64,000 nt of DNA, taken from the NCBI GenBank assembly GCA_964106645.2, contig OZ067044.1. One strand, written 5' to 3'. Under the pieces are notes generated by a model, which was not told where the DNA came from, searched no databases, and worked only from the letters and a program-made list of their open reading frames with translations. Source of the stretch: Podarcis pityusensis (lineage: Eukaryota). This document shows, one piece after another, positions 50,866-60,961 of this stretch. Position 1 is the first letter of the stretch. Every line of letters starts with the position of its first letter. The position numbers and the translations under genes are program-made.

Positions 50866-53247
50866 TCATGGCTCGAACGGAGTTTGCAGCGGTTCCAGCA
50901 GTCCGGCCGGTGGTCTGTGCACTGGTTTGGACCTCTGGCAGGTGTCACACCTCGCCACGTAGTCCGCGACTTCCCCTCTCATTCCGGGCCACCAGAAGTC
51001 TCTGGCTACTAATTCCACCGTCTTCTCCTTGCCAAAGTGCCCGGCAGTGGGCGCGTCGTGCAGCTGCTGCAGTACCTTGGCGCGAAGTTCGTCTCCCGGC
51101 ACGTAGATGGCCCCTTTACAGATGAGCAAACCATCTCGCAGCTGGAACTCGTCGGTCGCTGCCGTGCCCCTGTGCACCTCTGCCATCTTTGCTTGCGTGA
51201 AGGAGTCATCCTGCAACGCTCGTCGCACCGCATCCAGGTCAACTGTTGCCGCCGCGCACGCCCACACTGTCGGTGCGAAGATGTGCATGGCGGCCGCTGG
51301 CGTTGCCTCCTCCAGATACTGTGGCTTACGGGAGAGAGCATCCGCCATGATGTTGGTGTCCCCCGGGACATACTCTATTCGGAAGTCGAAATTCGCAAAG
51401 AACTCAGCCCAACGTATCTGCCTCTGGTTCAGGAACTGTGCCGTGCGCCAGTGCTCTAGATTCTTGTGGTCCGTGCAGACCTGCACCGTGTGCTTGGCGC
51501 CGATCAGGAAGTGCCTCCACGCTTTGAACGCTGCATGAATGGCCAGCAACTCCCTGTCCCAGATGGTGTAGTTCTGTTCGGACTTGCTGAGCTTCCTTGA
51601 GTAAAACGCTCCCGGCCTCCAAACCCCCTGCGGGTCTTTCTGCAGCAGGACTGCTCCCACGGCTCTGTCCGAAGCGTCTGTCTCCACCCTCATCGGCCTG
51701 CTGGGGTTGACATGAAGCAGCTGCTCTTCCGACGCGAAGAGACGCTTGAGTGCCTGAAAGGACTGCTCCGCCTGCTCTGTCCAGATGAACTTCTTTTTCT
51801 TGGAGCTGAGCGTGTCCGTGATGGCCGCTGTCTGCATCGCAAAGCCTTTGATAAACTTGCGATAGAAGTTCGCGAAGCCGACAAACCGTTGGACCTCCTT
51901 CCGGTTGCGTGGGCTTTTCCAATCCAACACTGCTCGGACCTTGGCACTGTCCATGGCGAGCCCTTTATCAGACAACTTGTAGCCCAGGAAATCCACCTCG
52001 GTCACGTCGAATTGGCACTTCTCCAGCTTGGCGTAAAGCCTATGTTGCTGTAGCCTGCTCAGCACTTCCTTGACGTGTCTGTCATGCTCCTGCTGCGATT
52101 CCGAAAAGATCAGGATGTCATCCAAGAAACAGACGCACGTCTTGTAGAGGAGCCCCGCCAACACGTGATGCATGAAAGCTTGAAAAACGTGGGAGCCATT
52201 TTGCAATCCAAAAGGCATAACTCTATATTCGTAGGTGCCCAGGGGCGTGAACATGGCTGTCTTCCACTCATCTCCCTCCCGCATGCGAATGAGGTTGTAT
52301 GCCCCTCGCAGGTCCAACTTGGTGAATACTCTGCCCTTCCGTACCTTTGCGAGGAGGTCGTCGATTCGGGGCATGGGGAAGTCCGATGGCTTGGTCACAT
52401 TGTTCAAGATGCGAAAGTCCACTACAAGTCTTTTTTGGGGCGTGTCCCGCTTCTTAACAAAGAATACCGGACTGCCCCCCGCTGCCTTGGACTCTCGGAT
52501 GAAACCGCGCTCCAAATTATGATCTATGAACTCTTTGAGTTCCTGCAGTTCGTCCTCAGACATGGAATACAGCTTCCCTTTGGGCAGCGCCGCCCCCGGC
52601 AGCAGGTCAATTTTGCAGTCATATGGTCTGTGGGGGGGTAGCCTGTCTGCCTCTTTCTCGCAGAAAACCTCCAAAAATTCTGCGTACTTGTGGGGAACCG
52701 CTTGCAGCGTGCCTAGCTGCAGCTGTGACTCCTCTTCCCCTCCTTCCTGCCTGGGCACGATGCAGTGTTCAGCGCAAAAGGAAGAGCCGAAGGTCAGCTG
52801 CCTCTGGTACCAAGCCAGCGTCGGGCTGTGCTTGTCCAGCCAACTCATGCCCAATACAATGGGCGTGTCCGATAGTTGAGTGACATTGAAGCTGATGATT
52901 TCCCTGTGATTCCCAAGTCGCATCACCATTGGTGGCGTCTGCTTCACCACTTGCCCCCCTAGCAGCTCCCTGCCATCCACCGTGACAACCTGCAGGGGCA
53001 GCGTGGCAGGCAGCAACTGTATAGCGTGCCGGTCGACAAAGTCCTGCCCTATAAAGTCCGCATTGCTTCCGGAGTCAATGGTGATTGGCACGTCCATGGT
53101 GATTCCATTGGGCAGCTGGAGCGACGCGGTGAGCTTCACTACCGGTTTGGGCGGGAGGGGGTCCATGGGCTGTAAAATCTCTGGGGACTGCTTCACTGAC
53201 ACGTCTGGCTGGGCCCCAGTGCCTCTTCCTCCAACCAGACTCCTTCG
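50866..53247 (-). CDS. pol: Pol part 1: aspartic protease, reverse transcriptase, RNase H and integrase zinc-binding domain; expressed as Gag-Pol by -1 frameshift; ends at a premature TGA
   Basis: ORF 50866..53331: IDSGSNADFI (protease), KLDLRGAYNLIR / MPFGL / CFLDDILIF (RT), VETDASD...RELLAI...TDHKNL (RNase H), HDAPTAGH...CDTC (IN HHCC). Confidence 0.95.
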   Translation of the reverse strand, partial: RRSLVGGRGTGAQPDVSVKQSPEILQPMDPLPPKPVVKLTASLQLPNGITMDVPITIDSGSNADFIGQDFVDRHAIQLLPATLPLQVVTVDGRELLGGQVVKQTPPMVMRLGNHREIISFNVTQLSDTPIVLGMSWLDKHSPTLAWYQRQLTFGSSFCAEHCIVPRQEGGEEESQLQLGTLQAVPHKYAEFLEVFCEKEADRLPPHRPYDCKIDLLPGAALPKGKLYSMSEDELQELKEFIDHNLERGFIRESKAAGGSPVFFVKKRDTPQKRLVVDFRILNNVTKPSDFPMPRIDDLLAKVRKGRVFTKLDLRGAYNLIRMREGDEWKTAMFTPLGTYEYRVMPFGLQNGSHVFQAFMHHVLAGLLYKTCVCFLDDILIFSESQQEHDRHVKEVLSRLQQHRLYAKLEKCQFDVTEVDFLGYKLSDKGLAMDSAKVRAVLDWKSPRNRKEVQRFVGFANFYRKFIKGFAMQTAAITDTLSSKKKKFIWTEQAEQSFQALKRLFASEEQLLHVNPSRPMRVETDASDRAVGAVLLQKDPQGVWRPGAFYSRKLSKSEQNYTIWDRELLAIHAAFKAWRHFLIGAKHTVQVCTDHKNLEHWRTAQFLNQRQIRWAEFFANFDFRIEYVPGDTNIMADALSRKPQYLEEATPAAAMHIFAPTVWACAAATVDLDAVRRALQDDSFTQAKMAEVHRGTAATDEFQLRDGLLICKGAIYVPGDELRAKVLQQLHDAPTAGHFGKEKTVELVARDFWWPGMRGEVADYVARCDTCQRSKPVHRPPAGLLEPLQTPFEP

Positions 53248-54269
53248 TTTCCCTGCTGTGGTTGTCCTTGCTGCGTTGCTGCAGTTACCATTGCTGAGGC
53301 TGCAGTGTGCTTGTGGAGCCTCTGGGGACACTCTTTCGCCATATGCTGTGGATCATCGCAGATGTAACACTTCCTGTTCCCTCTAGGAGGCTTCGCTTTC
53401 ACTGCTGCCGGTGCTAGGGCTCTGGCTGCTGACTGAGCCCTTGCACCTCCAACCTCCATAGGTTCCGCTCCTCCTCCTGGCGGAGGCGTGGATTGCGCAC
53501 GCGCTGCTTCTCTGGGAAGGAAGGAGGAGCCCCTGGCTGGTTCGCGCCCTCCACGCCCTTCGTCCCTGCTCCACGGACGTCCTTCCAGCCGCACCCCCAC
53601 CGCCAGCGCCCTCTGAACGATCTCCTGCGTGGTCCGGGGTCTCTCCCCCCTCGCAATTTCATCTTTAACCGAGCCGTGCAATCCCTCCCAAAACAGGTCT
53701 CTTACAGGAGCCGAATCTCTGTCCCATTCCAGGGCACTGACCAAAGCGAAAAAGCGGGCATGGTACTGCCTTACGCTGGCCCTCCCTTGCTTCAGTCCAT
53801 GTATCTCCTGCCGAGCAAGATCCACGTCAATGCTTGATAAAAAGCACCCATCCATCGCTTTAATAAAGGCATCCGCATTTTGGAGCGCCGGATCCTTATC
53901 TCTCCACAAATTGCGCAGCCATGCTTTAGCATCTCCATGCAAATGGGACATGATGAATCCCACCTTCTCTTGCTCATCTCTAAAGTCTTTGTTCAGCAGT
54001 TGCAGTGCACACATTACATCTGCTCTAAAGTTGGGGTACTGTTGCAAATTCCCATCGAAGTGAGAGACCAGACCGCCTGTTCGTCTCCCCAACCCAATCC
54101 CCTCCGGTTTGGGTGTCAGTTGCCCTTGCTTCGTAAGCACTTCCAACCTGACCTGGAGATCCCTGTAGGCGGCAGCTGCGTCCTCCTCTCTCTTCCTGGA
54201 TGCAAGAGCCTCGGCATTCAGTCGTGTCACTGCTTCTCTGAGTTCCACTATCTGCTGTTCGGCCGTCAT
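53193..54269 (-). CDS. gag: Gag polyprotein (358 aa from ATG MTAEQQ...): N-terminal coiled coil, retrotransposon capsid, CCHC zinc knuckle
   Basis: Within ORF 53193..54341; first ATG at 54269 in AACATGA context; capsid-like LKQGRASVRQYHARF...FWEGL; knuckle CYICDDPQHMAKEC. Confidence 0.93.
   Translation of the reverse strand: MTAEQQIVELREAVTRLNAEALASRKREEDAAAAYRDLQVRLEVLTKQGQLTPKPEGIGLGRRTGGLVSHFDGNLQQYPNFRADVMCALQLLNKDFRDEQEKVGFIMSHLHGDAKAWLRNLWRDKDPALQNADAFIKAMDGCFLSSIDVDLARQEIHGLKQGRASVRQYHARFFALVSALEWDRDSAPVRDLFWEGLHGSVKDEIARGERPRTTQEIVQRALAVGVRLEGRPWSRDEGRGGREPARGSSFLPREAARAQSTPPPGGGAEPMEVGGARAQSAARALAPAAVKAKPPRGNRKCYICDDPQHMAKECPQRLHKHTAASAMVTAATQQGQPQQGNEGVWLEEEALGPSQTCQ
53194..53253 (-). 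other. Programmed -1 ribosomal frameshift signal: G GGA AAC heptamer plus downstream pseudoknot
   Basis: GGGAAAC at 53253-53247 is in XXXYYYZ phase of gag with pol in the -1 frame; 6-nt spacer; stem GUCUGGUUGG/CCAGCCAGAC; loop CACUGG can pair with downstream UCAGUG. Confidence 0.88.
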
Positions 54270-54348
54270 GTTGTCTGCCGTTCGTGAGCTCGCTAGTAGG
54301 CACCCGCTTTCTCTCCTCTCCGCGAGGACGTAGATGCCCACAATCTAG

Positions 54349-54359
54349 AGATGGAGCTT
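54349..54359 (-). promoter_or_regulatory. Self-priming primer-binding site (AAGCTCCATCT), not tRNA-type
   Basis: Starts 2 nt after the 5' LTR end; lacks the TGG start; exact reverse complement of AGATGGAGCTT at 54508-54498 in the LTR. Confidence 0.85.
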
Positions 54360-54361
54360 AC

Positions 54362-55123
54362 TGTCAGAGCTGCTTCCAGATCCTAGCTCACAGAGGATCA
54401 CGCTAGCCAGCGATCATTAAATAAAAGTCTTTATTGAGTTACAGTTTCCATTCTCAAGCTGCTGCGTGCAACTCTACGTCTCATGGTTAGATCGGCGAAG
54501 CTCCATCTGAGTCTCCGCCCCTTGTACACCAACTTAATATCCTAGCCTTGCTCCACCTTTTCCGCCTGACTGTTCTTCTCTGGGTCCCTCTGCCCCCCGG
54601 GGTCTCTTCCTTCCGGGATTCCTCTGACGCTGACGCTGACCCCCCTGACTCTTCTCCCTCCTTTCGGCGGGCTTTAGGACCTGGCTCCCTTTCCGGGCTG
54701 CCTACTGCGCCACCTTCCTGTGCATTTGAACTTGGCACGCGCGCCCAACCTTCCACCTTCCGTCTGACCGTTTCTTCGCTCCCCGATGGAGGTGTGGCCA
54801 CTCCTGACTCGTGCCCTCCCCCCTGTTGTGAGCTGCCAGCGCTTGATCCCTGGCGCCCTTCCTCTTCCCTGCTCTCTGGCAGTGACGCTGGTCCTGATTT
54901 CCAACTGCTCCCCTCTGAGTCCCCTCTGGCTCTATCTTCCTGGGGTGTCCCCCTAGGCTCCCCCCTTGCCCTGGCCACTGGTGCTCCTTTCTGTGAATCT
55001 TCTGATTCACTGGAAAGACTCGGAGATCTCGGGTCGTCGTCATCACTCATCTTTTCTTCTGCCTCCTCTCCCTCGCTCTCTGTTTCCTCCCTTGCCCTTG
55101 CCTCTGCTCCTGAACCCCTGACA
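54362..55123 (-). repeat. 5' LTR (U3 ~55123-54509, R/U5 ~54508-54362)
   Basis: Matches 48551-49312 at offset 5811; I found only two mismatches (48931/54742, 49070/54881); TG...CA termini. Confidence 0.97.
54503..54540 (-). promoter_or_regulatory. LTR core promoter: TATA-like TATTAA (54539-54534) and Inr-like TC-A(+1)GAT, predicted TSS 54508
   Basis: 31-nt spacing from TATA to the first base of the PBS-complementary 11-mer. Confidence 0.7.
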
Positions 55124-58100
55124 ACTGTTTTGTGCAGATTTCTTCTGTCCAAATGGCTTGAATGACAGGAAGCATGGATACATTAACAAATCCACACTAT
55201 CAATGTCTGAATGGCATTACCTGTAACCAGCAAGCAAGTGCGTACATTCAAACATTGGAAAGAAGTCTGTAGTACAAGAAGCTCTTCCTTTCCCTTCCAC
55301 AATGCCTTGGAGGAGTCTTTCCCCTTTCCTTTCTCATTATTCTTAGCTCCTTTGGCTAGGTAATATTACGAAGTGCACAAAGCATGGGTGCCAATTCCCT
55401 GGGGCCCTGGGTGTCAGAGCATCCACAAAATTCCCCTTGAAGGGGCGAGGCACCTACAAATTTTGGTGCCAGGGCCATGTAGTCTGCATGGCACTCACAG
55501 TTGTGGGGGCCAAGCTGGCACTCCTGCTACAAAGTCTACTGCAGGCTTCACGCCTACATGGTGCAGCACTAATTGGCATTTAGTGGATATACAGACATTC
55601 TTGTGATCAAGGACTGTGCATACTATAAACCAGTGGTGGACAATTAAATGGTCTATGGTTTGAGCATTGCCCAGTTGATCTAATACACAATGCCAGATGT
55701 CCATATATCTTGTGAGTCTGCTGTGAATCATACTATTTGTGCAGTTGTACAATTGTCTAGCAAACGAGTAGGGCAGTGAGGAATATAAAGCAAAAAAGAA
55801 ACAGACATACCTAGATACAGACATAATCTTCTGTACCACACTGTGTGTGTATGTGTGTAAGGCACATAAAGGATGTAATAATCTCTGACATGGATATAAT
55901 GAAGGTGCAGAAAGTTGAACAGATGGAAGGAGCACTGGATCATGATCAATTTCCTTTATGTCTTCTACATTTTCAACCTATGTGTAATAAACGTGTATGG
56001 CAGGCACATGTTTAATTAATAATGCGGTACATTTATAGGTAGACCAAATATATTTCATAAGATAGAAAACCGTCACAATGATGTGCAACAAAATGTATGT
56101 GATATCCTCTAGGCAGGTATTATTTAAGTGCTTTGAACTTACCAGCCAAGACCAGTTCAGAAGAAAGAAGTCAATGCAAAGGAAACCGTGGCTACAGCTG
56201 GACTTTGGCCACTCTACTGGGCTTCTCAATGGAACATGAGGTACCTGCAGACAAGGGAAAGGAACAGACTTGATTTTGCTGTCTCTGTCTCTGGCAGCAA
56301 CGTTGCCCTCTGCAATCGGAGAAAGGCAATGTTATGAAGAACTGTGGTCCAGCCCACTTCCCATTCCCTTTCTGTCCTTTAGTCCATACAGGGGCCACAA
56401 TGGTCATTGTAGGTCTCTCGTTTCTAGGGTTCCCCATCCCAAATGTACCTCTCAGTTATAGGATACATCTCCACCTAGTGGTACAATTTTCCCCTTACAA
56501 AGCACACAGTGCATGCTCATTCTGTGATGTGTGAAGCAGCCCACTGTTCAAAACTGGCAAGAGATATTCTTCATAGCAGAAGGCAGATAGATAGAGACAC
56601 ACATATATCTGATCTGTAGAATATTCCTTTTTGACCCCAAGATAGGAACTGTACGACATGACAGAAAGTGTCAGAATCTTTACAAAAAATAACTCCTTTA
56701 AAAACAAAATAAATAAAACTATCAACAAGAATAGCAACTGCTCAAATTTTATCTCAGAGCTGCCAAGATGTGAACATTCATGGGAGAATGTTCTGTTGTT
56801 TTCAATGTTCTGTTGTTCACAAGGTGGACACAAATGCATACAGTTGGATGCTGACAACTTGACACATGTCTAATGAATCTAAAGCATGTGCACACACGCA
56901 CAAACACACAAATTTACTAGGACTAAAAAAAACCCTTAAAAAAACAAAAGCCCTGCCAAACAAACCACTTCAAGAAGATTTAATAGCCATGTAGGTTTTT
57001 GTGTACCTTAAAATACCATAGATGCTTTGTTAAAAGTGACAGTTAACATCTGTGTTGAAGATGCTACATTCTAACAGAGTGAGCTGCCGTTTGTTGAGTC
57101 CAGTGAGCAGATGTTGGAGGCCTAATGCATTGGTGACAAAAGGCTACAGTGCTTTAACCTTCCGCATCGCTTCTGTCTAACACACAGCAGAAAAGGTTTT
57201 AATTTGACAGGTTGGCTGGGATATAGAGAATTCAGCTTTGGCCACCTACAGAAGGGCCAAATCTAGTCATGAGAACAGTAGTGTGGGGGGAATGAAGCAG
57301 CGGGTGAGAGTAGTTTGTCATCTTGCACTAAGTGGAGAGCTACATATACTGTTTATTTCTACAAAGATTTAAAAGGGTTCCTATTGGAAGTTAATTAAGC
57401 AATTAAGCCGATTTGTCCTTTAATGTGCAAGGAAATATTTGAGTAAGGTGAGCTGGAAAAGGAGTCAGCAGCTCCTAGCACATTTTGCCTGTGCAAAATG
57501 TTTTAAACGCCTTTTTCTCCCTGTGGTTGGGATGATGCAAGAGAGGAGAATTAAAATGAATGCACAGCCTAATGGCAATTCTCATACAAGCTGCATGTAA
57601 ACAGAAACATCAGCACAAAACTTATGAATCTTAATTTGTGCCACTGAGCTAAAATTTGTATCTTTCTGCATTAAAGGAATATAGACATACAGCACTGTGT
57701 AGTGTCTACTTGCAATACAGAAAGCTGACATGGTCTTTCCAATTTATGGGAAAATTGACATAATTTTGCAAAAAAGGGGGGTGGAGAGGGAGAGAGAAGC
57801 AAAACCACTTGTGAACTAGATTTTGCATAATGGGATTAATTTGGTTGACTGTCACATCAGCTATGCTGTAGAATGCAAGTTAATCACAACATCGATATGA
57901 TTTTTAAAGAAGAAAGAAAAATAGGGGGAAAGGGAGGAAGAAAAGGTATTTTCCTCCCTTGTCTGATTCTCCTTTCATTTTAAAATACTTCCCATTTCTA
58001 CTGTTATGTGGAGGTGCTATGACAAATAATGGAAGTCTGTTTTGCATTGGGCCCAAGAAGACTGAAATGAGCTAGAGCCGGCCTCACTCTGGTAAGAAAA

Positions 58101-59010
58101 TCATCAGCTTTTCCTGGATCATGTAAAATGGTTTTGCGGTAATGCTCTTAGCCACGCAATGGCTCGCTGTTTAATTTGATAACCAAGCTTTCTGCATTTG
58201 TCAAGAAGCATTGAAATGTCACCAATGCATGCTTATCTGAAACTTTGTGTTTCAGTTGTCACAGAATCCTGTCATTGCTAGGGCACTTACCTTGTCCTTT
58301 AGGTAGATGTGCCTGTACTGTGCCTGCACTGGCTGCAATCAGCAAGTAGGCCTAGCAAATGCAAGCAGGTGAAGGTGGCACCAAGAAGCCAATTCTAGGG
58401 TTAATTCAGTTCAAATGTTGTTTGTGTCAGACTCCTTTCAGGATCTGCATCTGGGACTACTGCCCTACATGTCCAATGGATACCCAACTTCATATTTCAA
58501 ATACAGCCACAACTGGTTCTCCCAATGTAAGATTACTCATATGAATTGTATGTGTACTTGTACCCATATCAATCTTTTCCTTTTTTACTGGGGTTGTGAG
58601 AGGTTATTCCAACAGCCCCTTGTTCGGCTATCGTAGTATCCCATTGCTACTGCAAGAGCAAATCATTTCTCTTTATTTTTGTCCTCACAGAGTTCAATTA
58701 TACTTTGACAGAATAATTTCTTTGCTTAAGTGTTTTTCAGGAGAAAGCTCACCAGGAAGAGAAACACTGCAAGGCGCAGTAATGCCTTAGGGTCATGTAG
58801 CAGGGGTTTGTGAAGTCATTAGAAGTTGTGATTACCTGCTAGGATATTTCCATGTATCCTTTGCTGAATTCACTTAGTGGAGGGAACTCTGGTATTTTAC
58901 ACAGGCTAGTTTAAAGGATAAAGTGATATGTTGTCACATACTGACTGTCTCTTACACAGGCACATATGGGAATAAGAGTAATAGCTGAATGCAAATGGAT
59001 CTCCCCATAC

Positions 59011-59141
59011 CAGGGATGGTCTGCAGCCCTCCAGATGTTGTTGCTCACCCATCAGCACCAACCAGCATGGCTAATGGTCAGTAATGATTGGAGCTATAGT
59101 CCAACAACAGCTGGAGGGACACAAGTCTCCCCACATCCCTA
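59011..59141. mobile_element. Short palindromic hAT-like MITE (decayed)
   Basis: CCCTCCAGATGTTG...CAACAGCTGGAGGG arms; same family as 1462-1600. Confidence 0.7.
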
Positions 59142-60295
59142 TGCTAGATAGGCAGAACAGTAGCATCAAGCTGTGGTCGTGAAAGAGAACTCAGTAGTCA
59201 GGTGTAAAGTTCATGCTTTTGCAGGTGGCCTTTCTAGCTATTTTTGTCACAGCTGGAACCATCAGTGAAGGAAGATGGGAGAATGTCAGGTGTGAGGAGG
59301 CGATCAGCAGAGGAGGCAGAGCAAGGCTCAGTGCACTACTGAGTGCAATTGAAGGCTAGAGACAGTATGACTCCGTAGCAAACGAGACCCACAAAATAAC
59401 AATGGATAGGGAACTAACTGGTTACAGGTGGGGATTTAGTTAACTAATGAGTGAAGTTAATTCATGAATAGAGGAACAGAATTATGAGGGGTTCTGTAAC
59501 TAAAAAGGAGTGGACATAATACTTGATAATTGTGGGTGCTCTTTGGTGAGAAAGGTCCTGGAGGAATAAGGGACTCATCCAAGCCATCCATCCATTCAGG
59601 ATTGGCACTGTTCATAGGAAATCCAGTGGCAGCAGACCTAACCTAAACTTATAAGAAGACTAAAACCTTAACACTAATTAATACCAGAAGGAAAGGAAGA
59701 CAGAAAGTAGAAAGTCAGGCTCCTTCTGGCCTATTATAGTCAGCATGACCTTGAGTGAAATAGATAACAGAACCAGTCCAAACAAGCTATTCAGCTTCTA
59801 CAAAGAAATAAGCCAAACATCAGGAACCTTCTGTCTGTTTTTTAGGCAGAATAGAAACTTGCTTGTCGGCTAGAAACCTCCAGTTTGCACTAGTTTGTAC
59901 CACACAGAGAAGCTTCCAGAACCCTCCTGAATCAATTAGAATAGGAAAGAGCTCTACATATCAGATCAATATTTTCTTCACCAAAAAATGCAAACTGACA
60001 TCTGAGGGGATGCTGACCCATAGCGAAACCCTTATACTGAGGAGAAAGTAGTGAAAAATCTTACACCAGGGATCAAGGAAGGGGGAAGGAATGAAATTAT
60101 GGGGTGGGAAGGAACGTACAGTTGAATTCCAAAAGACATTCAGGGAAAAGGAAATAAATTGCTTATGGAAATAGACAAAGAAAAGAAGAGAGGGTTTAGA
60201 GACAACCCCACTACAGAGTAGTGTTGAATAGGTGTGCTCTGGTTGTATTCTTCATAAATTTACCAGTTTGACTATAAATAAAGTTAAATCTTAAA

Positions 60296-60455
60296 AATGT
60301 AAGAGGAGACCTGCTGAACCAGGCCAAAGGCCTATCTTGCACAACAGCCTGTTCTCACAGTGGCCAACCAGATGCCCATTGGAAGCCCACAAGCAAGAAC
60401 TGAATACAGCAGCTCTCTCCCCACTTGTGACTCTTAGCAACTGGTGTTCAGAGAC
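60296..60455 (-). mobile_element. CR1 LINE 3' UTR fragment
   Basis: TAAGAGGAGACCTGCTGAACCAGGCCAAAGGCCTATCT...CTGTTCTCACAGTGGCCAACCAGATGCC matches the recalled antisense squamate CR1 3' end. Confidence 0.7.
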
Positions 60456-60942
60456 AGCTGTAAGAACAAGCCTGGTCTGCAATGCTCTGTATCTTTTCAG
60501 TTTGACTGGTTCTATAGGAACATAAGTACAGTATGTTAAAACAAAGCTATTTCTTGCCCATCCACTCTAAAATGGGAATCTAAAAATGGCTGGTAACTTG
60601 TTTCATTTTCACCAAGGTCCACAAAATGTTCAGGCATAACAGCTCCTTCAGAGTGGATTAAGCCTACCAAATATTACATAGATACACCCAATAGTTATCA
60701 TGCAGGAAACCCTAAAGCTTGACTTTTAAAACAAGGTGTTTTCATTTTCTGTCAGAATTGGATCCAAATTGCAGGCATGGTCACCTGTTCTGAGGGAATG
60801 AAGCCTGCTAAATTTTTGAAAAATAGCTGCAATGCTGGTCCTTCAAGGATAGACTTTCCTATTTTGGAGGAGTACAACAGGAACTCAGCTAGACTGGTAA
60901 AGAAAAAGCGATGTATAAGTTTTGTATATGCGATATAACATT

Positions 60943-60961
60943 ACGCCACCAGATGGCGATG
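60943..60961 (+). promoter_or_regulatory. Candidate CTCF-binding site
   Basis: ACGCCACCAGATGGCGATG fits the CTCF core CCASYAGRKGGCR; several CpGs retained nearby. Confidence 0.6.

Larger units (their letters stand above)
48551..55123 (-). mobile_element. Full-length Ty3/Gypsy (chromovirus, Tf1/sushi-like) LTR retrotransposon, very recent insertion
   Basis: Two 762-bp direct repeats with TGTCAG...CTGACA ends; ACTGT TSD at 48546-48550 and 55124-55128; gag then pol with PR-RT-RH-IN-chromodomain order; GC/CpG-rich compared with flanks. Confidence 0.98.

Noticed and set aside
52116-52130. RT active site FLDD instead of YxDD as an inactivating mutation
   Set aside because: Phe at this position occurs naturally in several RT families, and both catalytic Asp residues are intact.
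54487-55152. 221-aa ORF starting in host flank and running through the 5' LTR
   Set aside because: It is the LTR copy of the pol tail frame with a chance TTG in the flank, and it lies upstream of the predicted TSS.
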